A stretch of DNA of 64,000 nt from the sequence record MN871449.1; one strand, written 5' to 3'. The notes beneath the pieces were generated by a model. That model saw only the letters and a program-made list of their open reading frames with translations. It made no database searches and was not told the DNA's origin. Positions 27,378 through 36,860 of the stretch are shown here, piece by piece (the first letter of the stretch is position 1; every line of letters begins with the position of its first letter). The position numbers and the translations under genes are program-made.

Positions 27378-27656
27378 ATGGCGATAGATAACAGCGATTT
27401 GAATAACTTGTTGAATCAAGTTCTGATTAAAGTCATATGGACAAATAAAAGAAAAATCGTTAAAGCCCGTAAATTGATGACCCCTGTGTTATTATTCCTC
27501 GATACAGCGGAAAGACGGTTCAACTATACGATTAAACAACTTCATTTAATCTATCGTATCAAAAATAATTATTGGGGCCCGATGAAAAAACATATTCTCC
27601 GAAAAACTTACGCGTACAGGAAGGTAGCACCTGATGACTTTGAACCCAAACAATGA
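27378..27656 (+). CDS. Hypothetical basic protein
   Basis: Coupled ORF in operon. Confidence 0.6.
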   Translation: MAIDNSDLNNLLNQVLIKVIWTNKRKIVKARKLMTPVLLFLDTAERRFNYTIKQLHLIYRIKNNYWGPMKKHILRKTYAYRKVAPDDFEPKQ

Positions 27657-28128
27657 CGGTATTGACCACATCAACATTTACTCTAAGTCCAAGAACCGTC
27701 TCGGGTTCTTTCTCTCTCACTTTCCAAAGACACCTTTCATTCACCCTGAGTACGGAAACTTTGAAAGTATGGAAGGGTTTTGGTATTACGCAAAAACCGG
27801 TTTTAAACACCAATACCTCAGAGGCTTGTACGGTAACGAGGCGAAAGCATTTGGGAAGAAACTGGAAGTGGTTCATCATCCCGATTTCCTCTCGATTATC
27901 AAAGCTGCTAATCTGGCGAAATTGAATACTTACAAACACCAATACCAAGCGCTGGTCAATTCAACCCTACCTTTTACCCATTACTACGTTTTCGGTAATT
28001 GGCGAATGGAGAAAGGGGCGCGTGTCTGGGAAGACGACGTTAAAGTTGTTACGCCTAAAAGCGGAGAATGGTTAGTGGAGTTTTGGGAAGAAACTCGACG
28101 GCTTTTAAAATCTATATCACCTGAGTGA
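27634..28128 (+). CDS. NADAR-like (T4 gp30.3-type) protein
   Basis: LSHF..TPF......FESMEGF...K.....L.GLYG.EAK.FGK parallels the T4 30.3/YbiA NADAR pattern LSNF..PF...F.S.E.F...K...G..AK..G (recalled, not searched). Confidence 0.6.
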   Translation: MTLNPNNDGIDHINIYSKSKNRLGFFLSHFPKTPFIHPEYGNFESMEGFWYYAKTGFKHQYLRGLYGNEAKAFGKKLEVVHHPDFLSIIKAANLAKLNTYKHQYQALVNSTLPFTHYYVFGNWRMEKGARVWEDDVKVVTPKSGEWLVEFWEETRRLLKSISPE

Positions 28129-28134
28129 AGGTAA
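28111..28134 (+). promoter_or_regulatory. Early promoter-like motif TCTATATCACCTGAGTGAAGGTAA (before sspB)
   Basis: 22/23 identical to 57963-57985. Confidence 0.7.
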
Positions 28135-28158
28135 TTAAATAACAATCGGGAGTAACAC

Positions 28159-28587
28159 ATGTCTTCTTTAAATAAAGCGTTGTTTGATGCAGGTTATAGC
28201 TGGCTTATCGATAATGGCAGTCGTATTTACATCACGGTCTTTGGTACCGAAATCACCGTGAATCCCATTCTTCGTCAATATGTCAAACCGGTACCTAACA
28301 TGCAGGGTTATCACGTATTGACACTGAATGTTTCTCCGCATTCCTGTCAGCTTTCTTCACTGGACGAAGGGTTGTTCTTCGAAGGGCGTTTCGGGGGTAA
28401 ACTCGCCTCAGACACTTTCCCGTGGGGGTCCGTCATTCAGATGTTTAACCCTGATAACCCGGAACAGATGATTCAACTCCCGCAAAAACTCATCACTGCT
28501 GACGGGCGTTCTGACGAACCCGCTGAACCGGTAAAAGAAACTAAGAAACCAAACCCATTTTCGGTTATCTCCGGAGGGAAGGAATAA
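28159..28587 (+). CDS. sspB: ClpXP specificity-enhancing adaptor SspB homolog
   Basis: YSWLIDNG..IYI, LNVSP, F.GRFGG...FPW.SV core; linker ending KKPNPFSVISGGKE (XB-like tail). Confidence 0.85.
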   Translation: MSSLNKALFDAGYSWLIDNGSRIYITVFGTEITVNPILRQYVKPVPNMQGYHVLTLNVSPHSCQLSSLDEGLFFEGRFGGKLASDTFPWGSVIQMFNPDNPEQMIQLPQKLITADGRSDEPAEPVKETKKPNPFSVISGGKE

Positions 28588-28877
28588 TGTCGGCAAAGAA
28601 AGTCAAGCAGTCTCCAACTGTCGCCTATGACCGCAATCCAAATTACCCTTACATCGGCGACATCGTAAGTGAAACTGATTTACATCTACTCGCGCGCGAT
28701 GAAGATCTGTTCTCCGCCAGCATCGGGTTGATTGAGAAACATCCCGATGAATTCACTGCGGTGGTCGGAACACCGACAGGAACCATTATCGCCAATGCGT
28801 GTGGGTCAATCGAACTTCCGATCCGCACCCTCAAACTGGGACAGAAACTTTCCTTGAGGAAGAATCTTAATGACTAA
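28587..28877 (+). CDS. Hypothetical protein
   Basis: Coupled to sspB. Confidence 0.65.
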   Translation: MSAKKVKQSPTVAYDRNPNYPYIGDIVSETDLHLLARDEDLFSASIGLIEKHPDEFTAVVGTPTGTIIANACGSIELPIRTLKLGQKLSLRKNLND

Positions 28878-29496
28878 AATGATTCATGAAGGTGACTACA
28901 GTCGAGTAGATATCCGCGATTACGACATTCGCGATGATAAGGTTATTCAGTTAAAGAGCGGGCAGTACGAGTTTGATATCGACTCTGCTCGCAAATTGGC
29001 CATGGATATCCTCGCGTCGTGTCAATTAGCCGAATCTCATTTCCGTAAAGAGGAAGGCTACGCTGATGACGAAGTACTCACTGAAGAACAAAGAGCAACC
29101 CTCCCGGCTATTTGCGTACACGAGCCGTCACCAGGTATCTTTGTTCAGGTCCGTATCGTTTCAGCGGCAAATATCTGGGGAACAGTGAAACCGAATGAAA
29201 GACTCGGAGAAGCACTGGGGTTAAAAGAAGAAGAGCCTTTGGTCATTCCTTCTTCGCGCCACGGTTCGCTTCTACAGCATATCCTCGGCGATGAGATCAA
29301 ACGCCTCCGAGCAAAGGCAGGTGAAGAACCTGTCAATTTCCCGCACGGTAGCGGACAAGGGTTTATCGATCAATGGGATCGTTATTGGAATCGAGAAGAC
29401 GCGTTTGTCATTGCGAAACACGCCGGACAAATTAACGCCACACGTCCCAACGTTATCATTATTAACAACGAACTTTATTCCGAAAACTTATATTGA
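28870..29496 (+). CDS. Hypothetical protein with conserved phage C-terminal domain (QGFIDQ..RY..R.EA..IA...LYSE.LY)
   Basis: Motif recognised from phage hypotheticals; followed by a terminator. Confidence 0.7.
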   Translation: MTKMIHEGDYSRVDIRDYDIRDDKVIQLKSGQYEFDIDSARKLAMDILASCQLAESHFRKEEGYADDEVLTEEQRATLPAICVHEPSPGIFVQVRIVSAANIWGTVKPNERLGEALGLKEEEPLVIPSSRHGSLLQHILGDEIKRLRAKAGEEPVNFPHGSGQGFIDQWDRYWNREDAFVIAKHAGQINATRPNVIIINNELYSENLY

Positions 29497-29499
29497 CCG

Positions 29500-29529
29500 A
29501 CTGAGAGAGGGATAATGCCCTCTCTCAGT
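29500..29529 (+). terminator. Intrinsic terminator
   Basis: ACTGAGAGAGGG-ATAATG-CCCTCTCTCAGT. Confidence 0.8.
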
Positions 29530-29558
29530 TATTATTTCTTAAATACCGGAGGTGTACT

Positions 29559-29684
29559 ATGCCAGTAGAATGGAAAATCGTTATCTTCGTAATCTTCTGT
29601 TACGGTGGTGCTTGGTACATCTCCGGTGCGATACTTAAGGTACTGTTTGCTATTGGTAAGAAGCTCTATGATTCACTAGAATAA
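29559..29684 (+). CDS. 41-aa membrane peptide (not in ORF track)
   Basis: SD GGAGGT; MPVEWKIVIFVIFCYGGAWYISGAILKVLFAIGKKLYDSLE*. Confidence 0.65.
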   Translation: MPVEWKIVIFVIFCYGGAWYISGAILKVLFAIGKKLYDSLE

Positions 29685-29693
29685 GGAGACGCT

Positions 29694-29954
29694 ATGGCCT
29701 TGAAAAAATGTTTGAAAATACAGAGAGGGAAACTGAAAAGAAGTTCCGTTACCGCTAACCATATTTTCCTCATTAAAGTATCCAAACCCTATTTTGATGA
29801 TTTAGACAGTAATCTCACAATTTCAGCGCCACGCCGGATGGGGAAAACGTTACTTGCGACCAGGCTGAAAAAATGTGCTGAGATGGGCCATCTATTGAAA
29901 AACCGCGTTCATTATCGGCACGGGTTAAAAATGTTCTCAACCGAGGGGCTCTAA
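29694..29954 (+). CDS. Small protein with Walker-A-like APRRMGKT
   Basis: SD AAGGAG; no Walker B seen. Confidence 0.55.
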   Translation: MALKKCLKIQRGKLKRSSVTANHIFLIKVSKPYFDDLDSNLTISAPRRMGKTLLATRLKKCAEMGHLLKNRVHYRHGLKMFSTEGL

Positions 29955-30448
29955 TGCTTATTAAATTTTTTGGTAAAGTCTTTGCGACAGGTGTGGATAA
30001 GGTAACGATGGAAAATCAGAAACAATTTAGCGGCATCGGTAATGGAACAGCGCTGAGTAATCTTGCTCCCGGAAACGCGACCTATGAAGAGTCGGACCCT
30101 TTCGTTCTCTGGTTAAACTCGCTTCACCCGTTAACCAGGGCCATCAACTGGCCCTCGGCGGGCAATGACCCGTTTAAAGAAATCGGCCTAAGAAAACTAA
30201 TCATGGACTTTGACACCTACGCAAAGCAAGGTTGGTTTTCTCTTTGCCCTGTTACAAACACCTGTGATCTCCTCGGCATTACGCGTTCACTTAAAGGTGA
30301 TCTCGCTTATGAAAAACTCCGGGCTATCCACTGTGCCGATTTCAAGATTATGGATATCCTAGTTATCAGACAAATACCAAAGCTCTGTAACGACATTCTC
30401 GACGGGGTTAAGCACGGCAACGAATTCTTTCGATCCTTTAATAACTAA
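29954..30448 (+). CDS. Hypothetical protein
   Basis: Coupled ORF, 164 aa. Confidence 0.7.
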   Translation: MLIKFFGKVFATGVDKVTMENQKQFSGIGNGTALSNLAPGNATYEESDPFVLWLNSLHPLTRAINWPSAGNDPFKEIGLRKLIMDFDTYAKQGWFSLCPVTNTCDLLGITRSLKGDLAYEKLRAIHCADFKIMDILVIRQIPKLCNDILDGVKHGNEFFRSFNN

Positions 30449-30465
30449 CGATAAAGAGGTGAATC

Positions 30466-30780
30466 ATGTTAACACACGTGATTGAACTGAAATATGTGGA
30501 ACTCCCTATTGTTCCGACTGAGTACAACGGGTTCTTACGTATCCTGGCAGGCGACCCCGCCGCTGATATCCTGAATGAACCACCAGTCACGCCACGGCTT
30601 CCTGAACAAGACGCGTTAGATTACGCGACCTTGAATTTCGTGTACGACGGAAATCACACCGCAGTTCTTTATCCCGGTGATTTGATTCTGATTCACGACA
30701 ACAGTCGGTTCAGTGTTGTACTCAACCCGGATGCGGATTACCTGCGAACCCTCCTTTTAACGGTAGGTGTGAAGTCATGA
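30466..30780 (+). CDS. Hypothetical protein
   Basis: SD GAGGTG. Confidence 0.7.
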   Translation: MLTHVIELKYVELPIVPTEYNGFLRILAGDPAADILNEPPVTPRLPEQDALDYATLNFVYDGNHTAVLYPGDLILIHDNSRFSVVLNPDADYLRTLLLTVGVKS

Positions 30781-31019
30781 GTACAGCGGGAATGTTGATA
30801 TCTGCCGGCGGGGCGCTCTGGGCGGTTGTGTTTCTGATGATTGTTTGGAAACCAATTGTTAACCCCAAGTATCGCCGCGTCGTCCTCCGTATGGAGATCT
30901 GGAAGGTTTTGACAATTGGTATTGCATGGCCTTTTATCTGCATCGGAATATTCGTCGGGTTGGTTTGGTACTTGAACATCTATAACCCGTTCAAGAAAGA
31001 CAACAACGATATACGATAG
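30777..31019 (+). CDS. Small two-TM membrane protein
   Basis: Hydrophobic segments; coupled. Confidence 0.65.
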   Translation: MSTAGMLISAGGALWAVVFLMIVWKPIVNPKYRRVVLRMEIWKVLTIGIAWPFICIGIFVGLVWYLNIYNPFKKDNNDIR

Positions 31020-31032
31020 GAGAAGAAAATTA

Positions 31033-31425
31033 ATGGCGTTAATGAAAACACTATCAGCAATATTGTTTTCTGGGGCAGGGATCAGTTTGAGCTATTACCT
31101 CCCATGGGCGGAGAAGCGTTTGTTTCTGATGAAGTTAAACGCTAATCGGAAAAGTCTCCGTCACGCCAGTTACCACGACCAGGTGTTCGCTAAACGCGCA
31201 GTGAAACTGCTCTATCGGAATCTCCGTTCCGCTGAAAAGAAAAGTCTGCCGTTCTCGGCGTTTGTTTCTTTAGCGGAGGTGTACCAGTACGAACCCGCAC
31301 ACCTGGTTGTTTTTCTCACCCCAACGGCAACGAGTTTAACTGTAGAGGTTTATATCCGTAGCCGTCGTTTTGATAACCGTAAATACAAAGTCCGTACATG
31401 GACTTTCTGTCCCTGGACCGAATAA
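31033..31425 (+). CDS. Hypothetical protein
   Basis: SD AGGAG. Confidence 0.65.
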   Translation: MALMKTLSAILFSGAGISLSYYLPWAEKRLFLMKLNANRKSLRHASYHDQVFAKRAVKLLYRNLRSAEKKSLPFSAFVSLAEVYQYEPAHLVVFLTPTATSLTVEVYIRSRRFDNRKYKVRTWTFCPWTE

Positions 31426-31438
31426 AGGAAACTAAAAC

Positions 31439-31753
31439 ATGTTGAATCAGATTATTGAAATTTGTGGTTTAGATGCCGATGAAGAAGCAGATATGGCGTA
31501 CGCTGCCGAGTTAGAGAAAACCGTGACGATGTTACTCGAGCGGAACGACGTTGGCCATGTTATCGGTACCATGAACCAGCTGATTGTAGATGGTCCGGTC
31601 TACGATGGCGATATTCATTCTAAGTCAGGGCGGGATTTCCTTCTGATGGAAGACTACGCCGTCAAGGTGGTGGTCAAGAATGAGCAGGGATTCAATGCGA
31701 TGAATCATAAGGGCTGGGACTTGCATCGTCTTTATCACCATTTCGTAGGCTAA
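31439..31753 (+). CDS. Hypothetical conserved phage protein (GP.YDGDI.SKSGRD motif)
   Basis: SD AAGGA; directly upstream of nadR. Confidence 0.7.
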   Translation: MLNQIIEICGLDADEEADMAYAAELEKTVTMLLERNDVGHVIGTMNQLIVDGPVYDGDIHSKSGRDFLLMEDYAVKVVVKNEQGFNAMNHKGWDLHRLYHHFVG

Positions 31754-31771
31754 TAAGGAAGGGTATATCAG

Positions 31772-32983
31772 ATGTTTGACTTAGGCGTAGTAATCGGTAA
31801 ATTCGCGCCCCTTACGTTGGGGCACATCAACTTAATCACAGAGGCTGCTGTGCAGTCTAAGCATGTCCTCGTCATTCTTTCCCACGACCAACGTTGGCTG
31901 GATAAACAATCGCCACGAGACCAAAAGGTACTCAACTTCAAAAATCGTCTGCGCTGGCTGCAACAAACTTACGCGGATACAGAACACGTCACGATCGATT
32001 TCATTGACGAGGCTTCTGTACCGGAATACCCTAACGGTTGGAAAGAATATGCTGCTCTGCTCGGCGCTAAGATTTTCAACGAGGCGGGTAGATTGGCAGC
32101 TAACCACAGTCAGGCGCAGAGCATTGCTATTTTCAGTAGCGAGCTGGATTACGATGAAAAATACAAAACGCACCTTGGTTTTGTAGAACACGTTATCGTT
32201 GACAGCAATCGTACCCGCGTCCCCATCTCTGCGACCATGATCCGTGAAAACCTTTACGACCATTGGGAATATCTCCCGAGTATTGTTCGTAAAGATTATT
32301 GTTTGCGGGTGGTCGTATTAGGTGTTGAGAGTTCTGGGAAAAGTTCCCTCGTCAAGAACCTCGCCAAACTCTACAATACCAGCTGGGTTGAAGAGTACGG
32401 TCGTACGTACTGTGAAACGGTCTTAGCTGGTTCGGAAGCGACTCTCCGTAGTTCTGACTACCCGTTGATTGCGTATCGTCACAAAGAGCTGGAGGAGGAA
32501 GCATTACGTACTTCTAATCGACTCTGTTTCATCGATACGAACGCCTTCATTACGGAATATTACCATCGGCTGTACGAGGGTAAACCTAACCCTATTGTTT
32601 CTGCTATCGCGGCTGAAGAGCATTACGATCTCGTGTTGATTCTTTCGCCGGAAGTACCATGGGTCGATGATGGTCTGCGGCTGAATCCTGACCGCGAGAA
32701 AACAGAGAGTCTCTTCCAACAAATGCTTTGGGAATTTAAAAACCAAACACCATGGGGGCGCACTGTATTCATTAAAGGGGACTCTTACAAAGGTCGTTTA
32801 GATCAATCACGTGAAGCGGTTGATAACTTGTTATCCGGTAACGGCACTGCCGGCCAGAGCGCTCCAGAAATTCCAAATAAGTTCCCTCCTGCTGCCAGCG
32901 GTGGTAACTTTGATAAAGATTGGAGTATGGTAGAAAGCATCGAGGCTGGTTCTCATCAGAACCCCGCTGATTGGGGTGGATGA
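31772..32983 (+). CDS. nadR: NadR-type NMN adenylyltransferase / ribosylnicotinamide kinase (no HTH)
   Basis: GKFAPLTLGH (HxGH-like), ISATMIR, Walker A GVESSGKS, EYGR, DT-containing kinase motif, WVDDGLR. Confidence 0.93.
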   Translation: MFDLGVVIGKFAPLTLGHINLITEAAVQSKHVLVILSHDQRWLDKQSPRDQKVLNFKNRLRWLQQTYADTEHVTIDFIDEASVPEYPNGWKEYAALLGAKIFNEAGRLAANHSQAQSIAIFSSELDYDEKYKTHLGFVEHVIVDSNRTRVPISATMIRENLYDHWEYLPSIVRKDYCLRVVVLGVESSGKSSLVKNLAKLYNTSWVEEYGRTYCETVLAGSEATLRSSDYPLIAYRHKELEEEALRTSNRLCFIDTNAFITEYYHRLYEGKPNPIVSAIAAEEHYDLVLILSPEVPWVDDGLRLNPDREKTESLFQQMLWEFKNQTPWGRTVFIKGDSYKGRLDQSREAVDNLLSGNGTAGQSAPEIPNKFPPAASGGNFDKDWSMVESIEAGSHQNPADWGG

Positions 32984-32987
32984 TTTC

Positions 32988-33131
32988 ATGACTCAACAAC
33001 GGCGTACGCAACGCAAAATAAAGCGGATGTTAGGCGATAACTATCGCTTTTACCACGCTGTATTTGGCGACAAACTTAATCTGAGATCCGCAAGTTACAT
33101 CTCAACTTTTCTCGAAGGATTTAATAGATGA
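32988..33131 (+). CDS. 47-aa basic protein between nadR and pnuC (not in ORF track)
   Basis: MTQQRRTQRKIKRMLGDNYRFYHAVFGDKLNLRSASYISTFLEGFNR*; ATGA overlap with the pnuC start. Confidence 0.55.
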   Translation: MTQQRRTQRKIKRMLGDNYRFYHAVFGDKLNLRSASYISTFLEGFNR

Positions 33132-33817
33132 ACTCATTGGTAATGAAAACTTTCACTGACTTTGCGCACTGGAAGAAAGTCGAATACTTTTGGCTGATCG
33201 TAGCGTTAATCGTCGTCGGATTAGGGAGCTGGCAAGCCAGTCCGTTAGAATTCACGGCAGCGCTGACTAACGTCGTCTGCGTGATTCTGGTGGCGAAGGG
33301 TCGCGTCTCTAATTATTACTGGGGGACGATTGGCGTAATTACCTACGGTATTGTTTCGTACAATACCGGCCTTTATGCCAATGCGGCGTTGAACGCTATT
33401 TACCTTCCCATGCAGTTTATCGGTATTTATTACTGGACGAAAGACCTGGGCAAAACTCCAGCCAAAGCTGACGTAGCGGTTAAAACGATCACTTTACGTG
33501 ACGTGATAACTTATCTGGTTGTTGGGGTTATCTTCTGGTATGGCCTGACCGAATACCTGAAAACTACGCAGGATCCGTTTCCTGCATTAGACGCGTTCTG
33601 CTTAGTCGCATCGCTCATCGCCATGTGGATGATGATCAAGCAGCAGCCAGAGCAATGGATTCTCTGGATCATTATCAACTGCGTCACGATTTATCTGTGG
33701 GTGATCCCGGCGCTTAATCAACCGGGTTCATGGGCGCAGGTGGCACAGTGGGCAGTATTCTTGATGAATGCTTTCTACGGCCTTTGGAAGTGGTATATCA
33801 CCAAAACCAACAAATAA
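33128..33817 (+). CDS. pnuC: Nicotinamide riboside transporter PnuC
   Basis: LEFTAALTNVVCVILVAKG..NY.WG, GLYA..L, G.YYW, P.LDA...SLIA.W.M.....E.W.LW. Confidence 0.92.
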   Translation: MNSLVMKTFTDFAHWKKVEYFWLIVALIVVGLGSWQASPLEFTAALTNVVCVILVAKGRVSNYYWGTIGVITYGIVSYNTGLYANAALNAIYLPMQFIGIYYWTKDLGKTPAKADVAVKTITLRDVITYLVVGVIFWYGLTEYLKTTQDPFPALDAFCLVASLIAMWMMIKQQPEQWILWIIINCVTIYLWVIPALNQPGSWAQVAQWAVFLMNAFYGLWKWYITKTNK

Positions 33818-33847
33818 GTTTACTGGTTTAAAAAATAGGAAATAGAA

Positions 33848-34288
33848 ATGAATCGTTACGCTGATAATGATTTCGACGTAAAGTCGTTATTAAAGAAGGT
33901 GGGTAAATGGGCGGCCATCGGCATTGTTGCGTTTATAGTGCTGCTGATGGCGGGGTGCCCGTACTACAATGTTTGGCAGCAGGGGATGGCGGGGAAAGCC
34001 GCTCTGATGAAAGCCACGCAGGATCGTCAGATCGCCGTACAGGAAGCAGAGGCTAAGAAAGAGTCCGCTAAAAGTTTGGCGGAGGCAGAGGTTATTCGTG
34101 CAGGCGGTGTCGCCAAGGCGAACAAGATCATTGGTGACAGCTTGAAGAACAACGAAGCGTATCTCCGTTACCTTTGGGTAGATAGCTTACAGCAAACTAA
34201 GAACCAAGTGATCTACGTCCCGACAGAAGCGAATCTCCCGGTGATGGAAGCGAACCGTTTTAATAACGGCCTACCGCCTGAAAAATAG
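33848..34288 (+). CDS. Membrane-anchored SPFH/band-7 C-terminal-like protein
   Basis: Single TM, AEA-rich coiled coil, ANKIIGDSL..YLRYLW..VIYVPTE. Confidence 0.7.
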   Translation: MNRYADNDFDVKSLLKKVGKWAAIGIVAFIVLLMAGCPYYNVWQQGMAGKAALMKATQDRQIAVQEAEAKKESAKSLAEAEVIRAGGVAKANKIIGDSLKNNEAYLRYLWVDSLQQTKNQVIYVPTEANLPVMEANRFNNGLPPEK

Positions 34289-34300
34289 CCAGAGGTGTAA

Positions 34301-34588
34301 ATGAGCGATTCTGATTCCGTAGAAAAAATAGGAATTCTTGAAAGTTATGAACATTCCGGGAAGTGGATCGAAATGGTCATAGACGGTAAAGAAAGTTCCA
34401 TGAAGTACGGTTACTTGCGTGTTTTGGCTTTTACTTTGCCTGATCGTCTTTGGTATCATGAAGTTGAAGAGATTACAAAAGTAATTCCCAGATGGCCAGA
34501 AGGGGCGCGCGTTAAACATGTTCATGGGGAAATTGTTGCTATCTGGATTCCAACTAAGAATCTTTGGATACGGCAAAAAAGACATTAA
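34301..34588 (+). CDS. Hypothetical protein
   Basis: SD GAGGT; terminator follows. Confidence 0.65.
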   Translation: MSDSDSVEKIGILESYEHSGKWIEMVIDGKESSMKYGYLRVLAFTLPDRLWYHEVEEITKVIPRWPEGARVKHVHGEIVAIWIPTKNLWIRQKRH

Positions 34589-34593
34589 ATGAG

Positions 34594-34615
34594 AGGAGAG
34601 GCTTTTGCCTCTCCT
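34594..34615 (+). terminator. Terminator ending the nadR-pnuC operon
   Basis: AGGAGAGGC-TTTT-GCCTCTCCT-TTTTT. Confidence 0.85.
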
Positions 34616-34662
34616 TTTTTATTTTCTCGTCAATTGCTCTGAATGAAAGGAGGGTTTAATTT

Positions 34663-35019
34663 ATGCGCGAAGCAATTATGGTGTTAAAATCCAACGTTGG
34701 CGATGTCAACTTTTACCCCGTGGAAGGCGGTCCGTCCGGAATGGAAATAGGGAAAGTTTACCTGTTATCCCGTTTAAAGGACCCTCTTTCGATAGGAGTT
34801 TACATCAATCCGATGTTTTGTGACGAAGACCTTGAAATGCCCTTTATGGCGCGAGTGTTAAAATATATCAACGAGTCTGATTCGGAATATATTTTCACAT
34901 GGGTTCGGGTCACGGATAAAGACGAAACAACGGTGACGCTAGACGCCTTATTCAATAATGACCCACCTATCAAGATGCGGTATAGGTTGACCGAAGAAGA
35001 TAAAAGAAAACTGCACTGA
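34663..35019 (+). CDS. Hypothetical protein
   Basis: SD AGGAGG. Confidence 0.7.
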   Translation: MREAIMVLKSNVGDVNFYPVEGGPSGMEIGKVYLLSRLKDPLSIGVYINPMFCDEDLEMPFMARVLKYINESDSEYIFTWVRVTDKDETTVTLDALFNNDPPIKMRYRLTEEDKRKLH

Positions 35020-35029
35020 GGAAAAAAAG

Positions 35030-35947
35030 ATGGAAAGTATTGAAATTAAATATGGCAATATCCGTGGCAAAAATCCAATTATTCCATTGCTGGAAACGCC
35101 AACTTTCGAACTAAAAGAGGATTGGGGAGATAATTCCCCCATTATTCTTAACGGAGTGGAAACAGTTTTAGACGATGCTAAGCAGTACTTCCTTTACGAC
35201 GTTCTCGGTTTTTGCGGCTGCGGTATGCCTTTCGAGGCACAGGTATTTTGGTTAGCTCAGATTAATGCTGTTGTGTCAGGGACAAAAATGGATTACATGG
35301 GGTACCCTGGTGGCGTGGAGTTTTTCACGGAAACAGCGATTCGTCAGGGTATTATTACCCCCGAAGGGAACTTAACAAATTTGGGTAAACTCACGATACT
35401 TTTTGTCGAAAAATATATTGAGATCTGTCCGGACGGCGACGACGAAGTCCCCGGGGATTTCACCCCGACTCTCAGTATCCCAGACGCCGCTAAACGTAAT
35501 AGTAAGTGGTTCTTATTCAAATTCATGACTCATCTCGCCTTGCGTAAACGTGCTGTCTCCCCTACTAAAACGGATACAACAGACCTTTATGAAAAACGAG
35601 GGGAGATCTGGGCGAGATTACCTCAGCCGGTTTATTTTTGGGTGGCTTATCAGCTCGGTAATTTAGATTGGGAGGAACATGGCGGGTCAGCGGGCGGGTG
35701 GTTATCTGTAAAAGGCTATGAAGTATTCTGGGCTTTGGTTGATGAATTCGGCGTAGGTGAAATAGAAGTGTTTGATCTCTTAGAGAAGGGATACCTTTTT
35801 AAAGATGACGACCTTTTAAAAGTAGAGCTACAGAAACGCCGTAGTGCATTTATTGCAGTACGACCCGATTTAGATTGGGATGTAATCATTCCTCCCCCAA
35901 CCATCGATATTCGTACTGCCATACAACAATCTTTTGGAGGAGAATAA
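35030..35947 (+). CDS. Hypothetical protein (FCGCG..P and EHGGS.GGWL..KG motifs)
   Basis: 305-aa ORF in operon. Confidence 0.75.
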   Translation: MESIEIKYGNIRGKNPIIPLLETPTFELKEDWGDNSPIILNGVETVLDDAKQYFLYDVLGFCGCGMPFEAQVFWLAQINAVVSGTKMDYMGYPGGVEFFTETAIRQGIITPEGNLTNLGKLTILFVEKYIEICPDGDDEVPGDFTPTLSIPDAAKRNSKWFLFKFMTHLALRKRAVSPTKTDTTDLYEKRGEIWARLPQPVYFWVAYQLGNLDWEEHGGSAGGWLSVKGYEVFWALVDEFGVGEIEVFDLLEKGYLFKDDDLLKVELQKRRSAFIAVRPDLDWDVIIPPPTIDIRTAIQQSFGGE

Positions 35948-36353
35948 AATGGAATTGAATCCTAACGAAGTCCCTCTCAATGACAAAGGCGAGCAAGCCA
36001 ATCTCGTCTTAAAATTTGGTAATGAACTCATCCCCTTCTGGATCGCCAGTGATCGCTTCACTCATTTAGTTCCCGGTGAACGTTATCTGGCCGTTTTCAT
36101 GGACAATGAAGAGGCTGTAGGCGATAACGTTTGGTTCTTGTCGTCTAATCGTGAATTGGATACCGTTGAATGGGAAAGTATTGATTTAACGATCCAAAGT
36201 CAGAACGAGAAAAGTGGCGTTGTAGATATCACCCAAAATGACGCAACAACGACAGTTCTGCACTACGCTTTCCGCGAAGATCTGGGAAACATTTCTTTGG
36301 CGCACGACACAGACCCCGAGAAAGCCTCGGTGGTAGTAAAAGACAAGCACTAA
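35934..36353 (+). CDS. Hypothetical protein
   Basis: Likely start MELNP at 35949 (SD GGAG). Confidence 0.7.
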   Translation: MEENKMELNPNEVPLNDKGEQANLVLKFGNELIPFWIASDRFTHLVPGERYLAVFMDNEEAVGDNVWFLSSNRELDTVEWESIDLTIQSQNEKSGVVDITQNDATTTVLHYAFREDLGNISLAHDTDPEKASVVVKDKH

Positions 36354-36370
36354 TTCCGGAGGGGACGAAA

Positions 36371-36859
36371 GTGGACTTTATTGGAATAACAATGGTAGTA
36401 TTACTAGCAATTATTGTTATCTCAAAAGGATTGCTTATTTATCGAAAACGTACATCCTCTACAAAACGCAATATATCCGAAGAATATATTACCACGTTAA
36501 CTAATGCAATTGTCGAAGAAGCTTCTAATCAAACATTTTCCATTTTAATCGCGATAAAAGCGGTCAAAACCGGAGCAGTTAATAACGTCACAATGAGGAA
36601 GAATAATACTCGTATTGAGAAAGATCCTTATGGGAAAGTAAGGGTAAAGATAGAACGCAAAAGATTGATCTTAACTTCCCAAGACGTAAAGGATCAAGTC
36701 GTAAAACAACTCAGGGGTGGCTTACCCAGAGTTAATTTGGAATTTATAAACTTAGTAGTGATAAAAGCCTTAGGTAATGATGTATCAATGGCAGCAGGGC
36801 ATTTACTGGTTCTTCTGTCATCAACATTGGATGAAAACACAATCATAGAGGAAATTTAA
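36371..36859 (+). CDS. N-terminally anchored membrane protein
   Basis: GTG start; TM at N-terminus. Confidence 0.65.
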   Translation: MDFIGITMVVLLAIIVISKGLLIYRKRTSSTKRNISEEYITTLTNAIVEEASNQTFSILIAIKAVKTGAVNNVTMRKNNTRIEKDPYGKVRVKIERKRLILTSQDVKDQVVKQLRGGLPRVNLEFINLVVIKALGNDVSMAAGHLLVLLSSTLDENTIIEEI

Positions 36860-36860
36860 C

